Assembly (NCBI GenBank): GCA_024695575.1
Contig: JAILHY010000186.1
Coordinates: 1-54,117 of the forward strand
DNA length: 54,117 bases
From: Lachnospiraceae bacterium
GTDB taxonomy: Bacteria > Bacillota > Clostridia > Lachnospirales > Lachnospiraceae
Direction: 5' to 3'
Of this stretch, positions 9,625 to 19,228 are shown in pieces. The position numbers were made by a program, and so were the translations under genes. Numbering within the stretch: position 1 is the stretch's first letter; each line of letters begins with the position of its first letter. The notes beneath the pieces are model-generated. The model was given only the letters and a program-made list of their open reading frames with translations. It did not search any database and was not told the DNA's origin.

Positions 9625-10080
9625 ATGACGCGAAGAGAAGCCGCGATGGCTAATTTCATGGAAGGATATAATTGCTCACAGTCGTTAGTATTGGCATTTG
9701 CAGATATGATACCCGTTGACAAAGCTACTCTTTCAAAGATGGCTTCGTCATTCGGAGGCGGAATGGGAAGGCTTCGTGAAGTATGTGGTTCTGTAAGCGG
9801 AATGTTCACGGTTGTGGGACTTCTGTACGGGTACGATGGGCCTGAAACAGGACAAGTAAAAGCTGATCATTATGCCAGAATTCAGGAACTGGCCCACAGG
9901 TTTGAAGAAACACACGGTTCTATAGTCTGCCGTGAATTGCTTGGACTAAGTGTGCATCACGACGTGCCGGTACCGGAAGCACGGACAAGCGAGTATTATA
10001 AAAAGCGTCCTTGCCCTGAGATCATAGGAGATGCAGCTGAGATTCTGGAAGAGTACATCAAAGAAAATCCGGTGTCGTAG
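9625..10080 (+). CDS. C-GCAxxG-C-C family putative redox protein
   Basis: GYNCSQS, FGGGMGR, VCGSVSG, GSIVCRELLG and PC motifs. Confidence 0.88.
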   Translation: MTRREAAMANFMEGYNCSQSLVLAFADMIPVDKATLSKMASSFGGGMGRLREVCGSVSGMFTVVGLLYGYDGPETGQVKADHYARIQELAHRFEETHGSIVCRELLGLSVHHDVPVPEARTSEYYKKRPCPEIIGDAAEILEEYIKENPVS

Positions 10081-10126
10081 TAGCGGGAAAGCATGATCAT
10101 GAAAGATAATTGAAGGAGAGATATAT

Positions 10127-11341
10127 ATGAGAGCATATGAAAGATTATTGAATTATGTTGTAGTACACACAACAAGTGATGAAGAGTCGGAGACTACTCC
10201 GTCTACCAAGAGGCAGTTTGACCTTGCTAAAAAGCTTGTATCGGAGATGAAAGCTCTTGGAATCAGCGATGCGAAAGTGGATGAGCATTGCTACGTTACA
10301 GGCCATATCCCGGCTTCTAAGGGGTGTGAGAACGCACCTAAGATCGGGTTTATCGCTCACCTTGATACCGCACCCGACAGTTCGGGTGAGAATGTTAAAC
10401 CGGTCATACATGAAAACTATGATGGTTCCGACGTTGTGCTTGGAAACGGCCGTACACTGACCAATGCACTTTTTCCTCATCTTTCAGGTCTTAAAGGAAG
10501 GACTTTGATCACCACAGATGGAAGTACACTTCTTGGTGCGGATGATAAAGCGGGAATCGCTGAGATCATGACGCTTGCCGAAGTACTCATTAAGGGTGAA
10601 AAGCCTCACGGGGAGATCTGCATAGCATTTACACCGGACGAAGAGATCGGACACGGTGCAGAGCTTCTGGATCTTGATTCTTTTGGCGCAGATTTCGCAT
10701 ATACCGTGGACGGTGGCCCCGAGGATGAGATCGAATATGAGAACTTTAATGCCGGTAAGGCTGTGTTCAAGGTTAAAGGCGTAAGCGTTCACCCCGGTGA
10801 TGCCAAGAATCGTATGGTTAATGCGGCTCTTGTTGCCTGCGAAATCTCATCCATGCTCCCAGCGGCTGAAACTCCCGCACATACGGAGGAAAGAGAAGGT
10901 TTTTACCATCTTACAGACATCCGTGGTGACGTAGAGAATGCGGAGATTGACTATATCGTAAGAGATCATGATGCGAACCTTTTTGCAGCTAAACTTGAGA
11001 CTCTTCGCATGATCGAGAAGACATTGAACGGAAAGTACGGCGAGGGTACGGTTTCTTTGACCATCACCGAGCAGTACAGAAATATGATCGAGAAGATCCG
11101 TCCTCATATGCACATAGTGGAAACAGCAAAGAAGTGTATTGAGAAACAGGGTCTTAAGCCCCTGGATGTTCCGGTTCGCGGCGGCACGGATGGAGCAAGA
11201 CTTTCCTACAGAGGACTTCCCTGCCCGAATCTTGGAACCGGCGGATATGCTTATCACGGTCCTTTCGAGCACATAACCGCAGAGGGCATGGACAAAGTTG
11301 TAGACATTCTTTGCTCTATCGTAGAGACCTACGCAGAATAA
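10127..11341 (+). CDS. pepT: Peptidase T (M20B tripeptide aminopeptidase)
   Basis: GFIAHLDT, LLGADDKAG, FTPDEEIG, AYTVDGG, VHPGDAK, RGGTDG, HGPFE. Confidence 0.95.
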   Translation: MRAYERLLNYVVVHTTSDEESETTPSTKRQFDLAKKLVSEMKALGISDAKVDEHCYVTGHIPASKGCENAPKIGFIAHLDTAPDSSGENVKPVIHENYDGSDVVLGNGRTLTNALFPHLSGLKGRTLITTDGSTLLGADDKAGIAEIMTLAEVLIKGEKPHGEICIAFTPDEEIGHGAELLDLDSFGADFAYTVDGGPEDEIEYENFNAGKAVFKVKGVSVHPGDAKNRMVNAALVACEISSMLPAAETPAHTEEREGFYHLTDIRGDVENAEIDYIVRDHDANLFAAKLETLRMIEKTLNGKYGEGTVSLTITEQYRNMIEKIRPHMHIVETAKKCIEKQGLKPLDVPVRGGTDGARLSYRGLPCPNLGTGGYAYHGPFEHITAEGMDKVVDILCSIVETYAE

Positions 11342-11363
11342 TAATATTTGGAGACTATAAAGC

Positions 11364-12071
11364 ATGAACAATATTGAACAGGATAACAAGTCACTGATCG
11401 ACTTTTGGGATCAGGCCATAGCTATTACAGACGAGGAGAAAGAATCTGTCGCAGAACTTGGAGCAGCAGACTGGAAGGAAATGGCTCCTTCAGAGAAGCT
11501 TTGTGAAGCGGTAATGACTCTTGGAAAGAAAAAGAAAGTGCTTGATTACGGGTGCGGAAATGCCTGGGCAGGTATCATTGCAGCCAAGAGCGGATGCCCC
11601 GATGTAACCGCAGTTGATGTATCCAAGGGCCCTATCGAGACAGCCAAATTCTATGCTGATAAATTTGAGGTCCGTGAAGGATTCAAGACTTTTGATGTAG
11701 GTTTTGACTGGCTCGGAACTGTTGCAGATAAAAGCTACGACGGAATCATATGCTCCAATGTACTGGATGTTATTCCCACTGAAACTGCCAAGGCGATCAT
11801 CGATGATCTTGCCAGGATTTCCACGGATGATGCCATAATCGTTATTGGAATGAACTTTTATATGACTCCTGAAGAGTGTGCGGAAAGAGGCATGGAACTT
11901 GTTGACGGACGCAAGTTTTACAGTAACGGTGTTTTAAGGCTTGTTTTCCACTCTGACGAGGAATGGACAGATATCTTTTCTGCCCGCTTTGATGTAGAAC
12001 GTCTCGACCATTTCGCGTGGCCCGGCGAGTCGGCAGAAAAAAGAAGACTCTTTGTATTGCGCAAAAAATAA
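11364..12071 (+). CDS. Class I SAM-dependent methyltransferase
   Basis: Motif I VLDYGCGNA; VTAVDVS; YDGIICSNVLDVI. Confidence 0.88.
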   Translation: MNNIEQDNKSLIDFWDQAIAITDEEKESVAELGAADWKEMAPSEKLCEAVMTLGKKKKVLDYGCGNAWAGIIAAKSGCPDVTAVDVSKGPIETAKFYADKFEVREGFKTFDVGFDWLGTVADKSYDGIICSNVLDVIPTETAKAIIDDLARISTDDAIIVIGMNFYMTPEECAERGMELVDGRKFYSNGVLRLVFHSDEEWTDIFSARFDVERLDHFAWPGESAEKRRLFVLRKK

Positions 12072-12168
12072 AGGGTTAGACGATACAATATCGCGGACAG
12101 CAACTTCTTAACTGATAAAAAAGTGAGTTAAGGAGCTCGTATAATGAAAGGATTAAAAGGGTGGTTAA

Positions 12169-12807
12169 ATGAAAAGGTTTTTTGAGGATGGGGAAACGGT
12201 GTTATTTTACGGCGATTCGGTGACGGATGTCGACCGTAAAAGGGAGGATCTTTATGATCTTGGCAACGGATATCCGAGCAAGGTTAAGAAGATATATGAT
12301 GTGCTTTTTCCCGGTAACAAAGTTACATTCATAAACAAGGGGGTCAGCGGAGACCGGACAAAGGATCTTGCCTCTAGACTTGATAATGACTGCCTCGGGT
12401 TTAAACCTGATTTTGTTTCAATACTGATCGGTGTCAACGATGCCTGGCGAAAGTATGATTCAAATGATCCGACTTCACCGGAGGAGTTTGAAAAGAATTA
12501 TCGCACGGTGCTCTCAAGGATAAAGAAAGAGCTTCCGGGTACCAAGATACTTATTATGGAGCCCTATGTTCTTTTCTCGGTACCTGAACGCGTGGTCTTT
12601 CATGAAGAACTTGATCCGTTTATCGTTATTGAGAGAAAGCTTGCAAGAGAATATGCGGATTACTATCTCTGCCTTGAAGGCGCTTTCGCCAAGCACATTG
12701 CGGAAGGTGCAACCGATAGCGAGATAAGTGAGGACGGGGTTCATCCGACCGATGCAGGGCACTCGATTATCGCATATGAAATTCTCAAGACACTGGATAT
12801 TATTTAA
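12169..12807 (+). CDS. SGNH/GDSL hydrolase (esterase)
   Basis: Blocks GDSVT, NKGVSG, IGVND and DGVHP. Confidence 0.93.
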   Translation: MKRFFEDGETVLFYGDSVTDVDRKREDLYDLGNGYPSKVKKIYDVLFPGNKVTFINKGVSGDRTKDLASRLDNDCLGFKPDFVSILIGVNDAWRKYDSNDPTSPEEFEKNYRTVLSRIKKELPGTKILIMEPYVLFSVPERVVFHEELDPFIVIERKLAREYADYYLCLEGAFAKHIAEGATDSEISEDGVHPTDAGHSIIAYEILKTLDII

Positions 12808-12820
12808 TAATCCGGCCGGA

Positions 12821-12843
12821 TCTGGGTTTATGAAATACCCGGA
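12821..12843. terminator. Hairpin between convergent genes
   Basis: TCTGGGT-N9-ACCCGGA inverted repeat (one G-U pair) in a 38 bp convergent gap; weak U-tract. Confidence 0.45.
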
Positions 12844-12845
12844 CT

Positions 12846-14348
12846 CTATTTCCGCTGTAAAATAAACAACATAACATCTAACACGCGCTCGTTTTCTTTG
12901 ATCACGAGCGCGATTTTCTTTTTGGCGCGGCTCATGCCGTGGAAGAGGCGCCGTACCGCGGAATTGCTGACATGTCTAAGGTCACCTTCGTCATCGTAAT
13001 AGAATCCTTCGTCGAGAAGCACAACGACTTTGTCAAATTCTTTTCCGCTGTCTTCTGAGCCTTCGATCTCGCAGTTGTTTTTATACATTGCAGCGCGGCT
13101 TGGAAACACTGGCTTTGAAAGGTTTTTATCCTGCAAGAACACATACCCGTCTTTTTCGTATTCGCAGATAAGCTCGCCGGCTTCTTCGACGTTATTGGCG
13201 TAAGCTACTGAAACTGACGGATAATCCTTTCTTTGTGATCTCGTCTTAAAACTCATAACGCAGTTGATAAAGGTTGATAATTCCGCGTTCAGACGTATCC
13301 TGTTTGTAAGTCTGTACAGGATGAATTCAGGAATCTCTTCGATCAGGCATGAGCCGTAACCGAGTCGTTCTTCTTCGGAGATGGCGTCTTCACGGTCATA
13401 GGAAACTACGATGGGTGCATTCCACTTTCGGGAAAGATCAAGTATCCAATCAAGATATTCGCGATTTATCTTGTGCCCCACGTCTATGAGAATATATTCG
13501 TATTTATCAGTTATTTCCGGTGGCGTGCCCTCCGAACAGTAGTAAAAGTCAATTCTCTTCAAGCGTTCATTCAGGTTATCAAGTTCTTTTGTACGGGCTC
13601 CGAAATGAAGAAGGCATACTTTATCCCAAACGGAGAGGGTCATTGCAAGGTCAAAAAGAAGGATGGTTTTACCGGTCCCGGGCAACCCTGTAAATCCCTG
13701 AACCGGCACGGGCCTTTCTTTATCGGCACCGGTACGTTTCACGATCTTTAGGATCTGTTTCTTAATGTCTCTTTGCTGGAAAGTTAAAAAGTATTCTTTT
13801 CTAAGAAACCGCGCAGAATCTGCGAGAGGAGAGATAAGATAGCTTTCTTCCTTAAAGAGGTCCTCGATGTCGCCGTCATACATATCGTCCTGCCTTTTAA
13901 GCACGCTGATCAGATCGTCAAAATCTGTTTCTGTGAGCTTGCCTTTGTTAGATAAGCGAACGAGACGATTTTCAGAATCTATGTAAGTATAAAAGTGCAT
14001 CGTGCGGCCCAGGGTCGACAAATAGTATCTGTTGTTTAAAAGCTGGTTTCTGATGGCTTCGTCAGTAACGTCGCCGCTCTTAAGTTCTATATTTACCACC
14101 GAGTCGGATGCGATCCTTATCAGATCAAATTCTTTTCCAAGCTTTGGCATTACAAATGAGTAAAAGAAATCGTAGGCGGGGGCATCGCTTGAATGTTCGC
14201 ATAGTCTGTCAGTAAGCGCGCGAAGGCCCTTGATTTCCCATTCCTTGATTTTAAGGAAGACGTTTCTTCCCGACAACTGCCGCTCCAGGCGACAAAGTCT
14301 TTCGGGGTTTGATATTCTGGTAAGAGTGTAAATGTTTATGGGTTTCAT
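12846..14348 (-). CDS. PD-(D/E)xK-type nuclease fused to an SF1 helicase-like P-loop domain (DUF2075-like)
   Basis: N-terminal EFDLIRI...VNIELKS (D...ExK); Q-motif-like LTFQQ; Walker A GLPGTGKT; altered Walker B ILIDV; motif V-like GKEFDKV; motif VI-like MSRAKKKI. Confidence 0.7.
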   Translation of the reverse strand: MKPINIYTLTRISNPERLCRLERQLSGRNVFLKIKEWEIKGLRALTDRLCEHSSDAPAYDFFYSFVMPKLGKEFDLIRIASDSVVNIELKSGDVTDEAIRNQLLNNRYYLSTLGRTMHFYTYIDSENRLVRLSNKGKLTETDFDDLISVLKRQDDMYDGDIEDLFKEESYLISPLADSARFLRKEYFLTFQQRDIKKQILKIVKRTGADKERPVPVQGFTGLPGTGKTILLFDLAMTLSVWDKVCLLHFGARTKELDNLNERLKRIDFYYCSEGTPPEITDKYEYILIDVGHKINREYLDWILDLSRKWNAPIVVSYDREDAISEEERLGYGSCLIEEIPEFILYRLTNRIRLNAELSTFINCVMSFKTRSQRKDYPSVSVAYANNVEEAGELICEYEKDGYVFLQDKNLSKPVFPSRAAMYKNNCEIEGSEDSGKEFDKVVVLLDEGFYYDDEGDLRHVSNSAVRRLFHGMSRAKKKIALVIKENERVLDVMLFILQRK

Positions 14349-14354
14349 AATATT

Positions 14355-14420
14355 ATTATACTACACGTGTGCTAACAAAACTTGAAATTACTTGGCTGAC
14401 GTGACCGCAGAGGGTATAAT
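14355..14420. promoter_or_regulatory. Back-to-back promoters, both apparently leaderless
   Basis: Minus strand: TATAAT at 14360-14355, 6 nt before the ATG at 14348. Plus strand: TTGGCT(14392)-17-TATAAT(14415-14420), 5 nt before the ATG at 14426. Neither has an SD. Confidence 0.55.
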
Positions 14421-14425
14421 GGATA

Positions 14426-14638
14426 ATGTTTAGTATTACGAAATTGATACAGAACCGACGAGATTATGGAAAGTTTGAGTATTCGGACGAACAGGGACAG
14501 AGTAAAAAAGGAACTCCCATTCCGCTTACCACAAGGAGTGACAGTTACTATGACTTTAAGATAGATCCTCTTGATGATAAAGGAGAAGTAAGGATCAATC
14601 TCGGTTTCTTTTTCCATAGAGAAGGCCGCAGAAAGTAG
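14426..14638 (+). CDS. Small hypothetical protein (70 aa)
   Basis: Fills the gap between the promoter and the next gene's RBS; no family recognised. Confidence 0.45.
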   Translation: MFSITKLIQNRRDYGKFEYSDEQGQSKKGTPIPLTTRSDSYYDFKIDPLDDKGEVRINLGFFFHREGRRK

Positions 14639-14655
14639 AGAAGAAAGAGGATTAT

Positions 14656-14949
14656 ATGAGCGAGAGCAGGGTAGACCGGATACGTAAAATGGAAACGATC
14701 CTTGATGATGCGAACCGGGCGATCGATGAGTTTGAAAGCACATACGAGAAGCTCGCTGATATGCAGAAGAAGATAAAGAAACTGGAAGAGTACTACACCG
14801 GCGGACAGTGGCTCAAGGACTACGAGGCCGACGAGGCAGGTAAAATTCCCGCTGACCTTAAGCGAGGCGTGCTTTCTCAGGATGCGGTTTCGGATCTTCT
14901 GGATCGAAACAGGGATATCTTTAAGCTATTAGGAAAAAAGGATATTTAA
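14656..14949 (+). CDS. DUF4298-like small helical protein
   Basis: RIRKME.ILD...LEEYY...WLKDYEADEAGKIP.DLKRGVLSQD pattern; RBS GAGG. Confidence 0.75.
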   Translation: MSESRVDRIRKMETILDDANRAIDEFESTYEKLADMQKKIKKLEEYYTGGQWLKDYEADEAGKIPADLKRGVLSQDAVSDLLDRNRDIFKLLGKKDI

Positions 14950-14956
14950 GAGTATT

Positions 14957-15598
14957 ATGTCGAAACAGTATTATGAAAATGCGTATTTTATCATAGGGAC
15001 TTCATATGCCGGCAAATCCACCATGGTTAAGGAACTTGCCGGGAAGTATGATGGTATTGCCTGTGAAGAAAATTACCACGATAACTATCCGGAGGAGCTG
15101 GATTCCAAGGAATTTCCCTGCCTTACATACACCAGGGATCTTGCGGACTGGCATGATTTTATCAGGAGATCACCGAAAGAGTACAAAGACTGGATAGACG
15201 GGGTCAAAAAGGAATGTGAGATCATAGAACTTCGGATGCTTCCGGAGATCTGTAATCAGGGTAAAAAGGTTTTTGTGGATACAAATATCAGTATTGAGAC
15301 GTTGAGGGAGATAGCACCTTTGGATCACACTCTTGTAATGCTATCAGCTCCCAAGATCTCAATTCACAGATTCTTTGACAGGCCGGATCCTGAGAAGCAG
15401 TTCCTTTACAGACTGATCCTTGAGGAGCCGGATCCCGAAAAGGCAATGGAGAATTACAGGCAGGGACTTGAACTCATCTGCTCTCAGGAAGCCTATGACG
15501 AACTTGAGAATTCAGGTTTCAACGTGATATATCGCGATGAGGACAGAACTGTCGAAGAAACTGTGGTACTTGCTGAAAAAGCGCTGGGACTGGGGTGA
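14957..15598 (+). CDS. P-loop small-molecule kinase-like protein
   Basis: N-terminal Walker A IIGTSYAGKST; VFVDT. Confidence 0.65.
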   Translation: MSKQYYENAYFIIGTSYAGKSTMVKELAGKYDGIACEENYHDNYPEELDSKEFPCLTYTRDLADWHDFIRRSPKEYKDWIDGVKKECEIIELRMLPEICNQGKKVFVDTNISIETLREIAPLDHTLVMLSAPKISIHRFFDRPDPEKQFLYRLILEEPDPEKAMENYRQGLELICSQEAYDELENSGFNVIYRDEDRTVEETVVLAEKALGLG

Positions 15599-15625
15599 AA
15601 TATTATTGAGAAGGATGGGATTCTT

Positions 15626-16390
15626 ATGGAAATGTTCGTAAAAGAACTGGAAAAAGGTTTGTATTTGCTGGATGAGGGTCATGCCGCTACAGGCTATCTG
15701 GTAGTAGGAGAGGAACGCGCCTGCCTGATAGATACGATGATGGGATATAATGACCTTTCAAAAGTAACGGCGGAACTTACCGACAAACCGGTTACGGTTG
15801 TAAATACACACGGACATCCGGATCATATCTATGGAAACGTGTATTTTAAAGAGGCTTACATGCACCCTGCAGATTATGATCTGGCCGAGTTGTTTGTGAA
15901 GGATCCGGCTTACGCGGATATACTTAAAGCAAGAGGAGCCGTTTTCCCTCCTTTCAAGCCAATCAGGGAAGGAGACTCTCTGGATCTTGGCGGAAGAACT
16001 CTTGCCATTTTTGAAATTCCGGGTCACACTCCCGGGGGGATAATGCTTCTTTTGAAGGAAGAGAGGATTCTTTTTACGGGAGATTCTATTAATCATCACC
16101 TGTGGATGCAGGTTCCGGGTGCATCACCGATGGCGGATTTTGTTAAGAGCCTGGATCGGATCATGTTCCTTGAAAAAGAAGCCGATCGGATCTTGCATGG
16201 TCATGCCCAGGGATTTGATGATATATCCTTAATGAGGTGTTTGCGCCGGGGAGCAGTTGAGATCGCAGAAGGAAAGACCGAGGAAGACAAACCATATAGT
16301 TGGTCCGGAGGAGATGCCAGAATGCATAGCTTTAGGTTGGAAGAGGGAAAGCAGTATACCCAGTCTGATAGCGTTATTTGCTACAATTGA
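15626..16390 (+). CDS. MBL-fold metallo-hydrolase
   Basis: THGHPDH, PGHTPG, LFTGD and HGH motifs. Confidence 0.92.
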   Translation: MEMFVKELEKGLYLLDEGHAATGYLVVGEERACLIDTMMGYNDLSKVTAELTDKPVTVVNTHGHPDHIYGNVYFKEAYMHPADYDLAELFVKDPAYADILKARGAVFPPFKPIREGDSLDLGGRTLAIFEIPGHTPGGIMLLLKEERILFTGDSINHHLWMQVPGASPMADFVKSLDRIMFLEKEADRILHGHAQGFDDISLMRCLRRGAVEIAEGKTEEDKPYSWSGGDARMHSFRLEEGKQYTQSDSVICYN

Positions 16391-16428
16391 AGTATTAATA
16401 GCTTTTTTGAATTAATAAGGTACAAAAC

Positions 16429-16962
16429 ATGATTATACTGATAACCGGTGCGTCTCATACGGGTAAAACCCTGTTGGCACAGAAAATGCTTGAAGAATTT
16501 GAATATCCTTATTTTTCGATTGACCATCTGAAAATGGGGCTTATAAGAAGCGGTAGAACTGATCTTACACCGGAAGATGATGATCAACTTACGGATTATC
16601 TTTGGCCTATCGTCAGGGAAATGATCAAAACTGTCATCGAAAACAAGCAGAATCTGATCGTCGAGGGCTGTTATGTACCTTTTGATTGGAAACAGGATTT
16701 TCAAGAAGAATATTTGACTCAGATTAAACTTATCTGTCTTTCCTTGGCCGATGATTATATTGACTCACATTTCGACAAGATCAAAAGTCATGCATCGGAT
16801 ATCGAAAAAAGGCTTGAGGATTCATGGCTTTCAAAGGATCTGCTGAAGAAAGAGAATGAAAAGTTTGCATCAGGATTCAAAAACGCCGGCGATTATGTTG
16901 TCATGATCGACCGGGATTATGAGAATACAATTGATTCTTTGATAAAAAGAATCTATAACTGA
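16429..16962 (+). CDS. P-loop kinase (adenylate/2-phosphoglycerate kinase-like fold)
   Basis: IILITGASHTGKT; SIDHLKMGL; LIVEG. Confidence 0.75.
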   Translation: MIILITGASHTGKTLLAQKMLEEFEYPYFSIDHLKMGLIRSGRTDLTPEDDDQLTDYLWPIVREMIKTVIENKQNLIVEGCYVPFDWKQDFQEEYLTQIKLICLSLADDYIDSHFDKIKSHASDIEKRLEDSWLSKDLLKKENEKFASGFKNAGDYVVMIDRDYENTIDSLIKRIYN

Positions 16963-16974
16963 CGGAGATTATCG

Positions 16975-17418
16975 ATGGAAAAGGAAAACTATACTATTCA
17001 AAGCGAAAGGATATCTGCTGAGGAGTATATTGATTTTCTCAAAAGAACAGACCTTGGATCACAATACCCCAAAGAAAGATTTGAAGAAAGGATCCCTAAA
17101 CTCGTCAAGAATGTAAGTATCAGCCTGGTGGCCAGGAATCCTGAAGGTCTTGTCATCGGTGTTCTTTTTGCCCTTACGGATTTCTGTTACTGGCTTCATA
17201 TAACGGATCTTGGTGTTGACAGAGACTATGAAAGACAGGGAATCGGACGGGAACTTATGAAGAAAGCTCACGAAATGGCCGGTGGAGAGAAGGATATCGC
17301 AGTATACGTGGTAGTTAATGAAAATGCGATTCCTTTCTATGAGAAACTCGGGATGAAGTTTGCCGACGATGTAATGCAATACAATCGCATCGAATGGACG
17401 GAGTGGACGGTCAAATAA
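16975..17418 (+). CDS. GNAT family N-acetyltransferase
   Basis: Acetyl-CoA motif LGVDRDYERQGIG; NENAIPFYEKLG. Confidence 0.92.
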   Translation: MEKENYTIQSERISAEEYIDFLKRTDLGSQYPKERFEERIPKLVKNVSISLVARNPEGLVIGVLFALTDFCYWLHITDLGVDRDYERQGIGRELMKKAHEMAGGEKDIAVYVVVNENAIPFYEKLGMKFADDVMQYNRIEWTEWTVK

Positions 17419-17471
17419 GTTACTGAATTCAAGCAAAGAGACGTTGGCGGAATGCGCCGGGAGGCTATAGC

Positions 17472-18287
17472 ATGAAAGAGTACAAAGCAGAGGTTTTTGA
17501 CAAAGAAAAAAACGACCTTGGCGAAGGCCCTTTTTATGATGGGCGGTTTAAGAGATATTCCTGGGTAGACATATCAAAGGGCAGGCTTTGGACTATGATA
17601 GACGGGCAAAAGACCTGCTTTGAACTGGGGCAGCCCCTGGGTTCAGCGATTCCAATGCCTGACTCGGATGGCTTTATTCTCGCTGCAATGGATGGTATCT
17701 ACTCATATGTGAATGGTAAAACTGAATGTATGCTTGATCTGAAGCCGTATTTTAAACCGTACTGGCGTTGTAATGATGCTAAGCTTGATCCCCGGGGCAG
17801 GCTCTTTTTCGGGGCTTATGTCAATGATGATCATCCTGCGGAGGGGGCTTTGTACTGCCTTGATAAGGGGCTGGTACGTATCCTTCAGCCAGATACCAAG
17901 ATCTCCAACGGCATGGCCTGGAGCAGTGATGAAAGATGCTTCTTTTTCTCTGACTCGTTGGAGCATGCGGTCTTCAAATACGATTATGATGTGGATACCG
18001 GTGATATTACTAACAGAAGAGTTCTTTTTACTGCGGAGAACGGCATTACGGATGGTCTTTGCATAGATGGGGATGATAATCTGTGGGTTGCTTACTGGGG
18101 CGGACACCGGATCGAGAAAAGAAGCGGCATCGACGGCCGGAAACTTGGTGAGATACTGCTCCCGGCTGAAAATGTAACCTCCTGCGCCATTGCAGAAGGC
18201 GGAAAGAGCCTCTTTATCACAACTTCCGGCGCAGGCCTTGATGGTGAGTTCGACGGATGTCTGTTTATCTGTGATATTGGGGACTGA
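17472..18287 (+). CDS. SMP-30/gluconolactonase/LRE family sugar lactonase
   Basis: LGEGP, RCNDAKLDPRGR, ISNGMAWS, TDGLCID and VTSCA motifs; RBS GGAGG. Confidence 0.92.
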   Translation: MKEYKAEVFDKEKNDLGEGPFYDGRFKRYSWVDISKGRLWTMIDGQKTCFELGQPLGSAIPMPDSDGFILAAMDGIYSYVNGKTECMLDLKPYFKPYWRCNDAKLDPRGRLFFGAYVNDDHPAEGALYCLDKGLVRILQPDTKISNGMAWSSDERCFFFSDSLEHAVFKYDYDVDTGDITNRRVLFTAENGITDGLCIDGDDNLWVAYWGGHRIEKRSGIDGRKLGEILLPAENVTSCAIAEGGKSLFITTSGAGLDGEFDGCLFICDIGD

Positions 18288-18358
18288 TAGGGTGACTGTG
18301 ATCATATGAATAACATAGAGTTAAAGACAAGGGAATGATGGGAATCAAGAGGGGATTT

Positions 18359-19015
18359 ATGAGAGTTATTGATACAGATGGAATATCATATATCGAGCAG
18401 ATTTCGGGCGCAGGAAATGAGTGGTACTTTGGAATAGACTATGAGCAAGGTGATCTCTATGAGGCAGAGGAAATCTTCAAAAAAGGGCATCCGGTGAAAG
18501 GACGCAAGTTGTGTCTTGTTCACTATCCGGATGGGGAGGTTTATACGCCTGTACCCAAAAAGGAAGGCTGCTATAGTGAGAAACCTGTATTTTTTGAGGG
18601 TGGCATCTATATTCTGAATGTGGACTTTGTGAAAGGATTGATACAGATCGTCCGCTTTGACTGCAAGGAACACAAGACGGAAATTCATGCGGAGTTACCG
18701 CTTGCTTCAGTGAAGGACTGCTATAATTTAAGCCTTCAGACGGCTCCGCTTACACTTACCAGACAGTGTGTAGGCATTAATGAATTTGAGATCGTATGGC
18801 CGGAGAAGGTTAGCTTTAAGATGGACGATCATGATTCTTTTTTCCTAAGAGCGGGAGAAAAACTATTCTTCAATCGGTGGTATGAAGAAGGGGAAGGTGC
18901 AGATTACAAGTACTGGGAAGATACCGTCGTCAAAGATCTTGAAGGAAACGAAATTGAGACATTTCCGGGAGACGTGATGCTTATGCCAAAAGGAGAATTA
19001 TGGCATCTGCTATAG
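18359..19015 (+). CDS. Hypothetical protein
   Basis: Long ORF in a co-directional run; the ATG at 18359 has a GAGGGG RBS (ORF track starts at 18335); no motif recognised. Confidence 0.7.
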   Translation: MRVIDTDGISYIEQISGAGNEWYFGIDYEQGDLYEAEEIFKKGHPVKGRKLCLVHYPDGEVYTPVPKKEGCYSEKPVFFEGGIYILNVDFVKGLIQIVRFDCKEHKTEIHAELPLASVKDCYNLSLQTAPLTLTRQCVGINEFEIVWPEKVSFKMDDHDSFFLRAGEKLFFNRWYEEGEGADYKYWEDTVVKDLEGNEIETFPGDVMLMPKGELWHLL

Positions 19016-19023
19016 GGAGAGTA

Positions 19024-19170
19024 ATGATCTATTGGATAATCTCAACCATTCTGGCATTATATATAAAAGGCCTTTGCGGCTTTGCAGATACACTGGTTTT
19101 TACGTCGATATTAAGCTTTGGTAATGCCAATATCAACAATATGCTTTATTTTTATAACGGAGAATATTAA
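19024..19170 (+). pseudogene. Truncated TauE/SafE (TSUP) family transporter remnant
   Basis: Hand translation MIYWIISTILALYIKGLCGFADTLVFTSILSFGNANINNMLYFYNGEY* (48 aa) behind GGGAG; KGLCGF matches the G..GFG start of TSUP proteins, which are normally about 240 aa. Confidence 0.55.
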
Positions 19171-19228
19171 AGTTCAAACCGGAAGAAGTAAATTGAGAAC
19201 TGGGTTACGGAAAGGAAGATAAAAGAAA

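Noticed and set aside
15626-16390. Metallo-beta-lactamase resistance gene (also 20689-21564)
   Set aside because: HxHxDH is shared across the MBL superfamily; nothing specific to class B beta-lactamases
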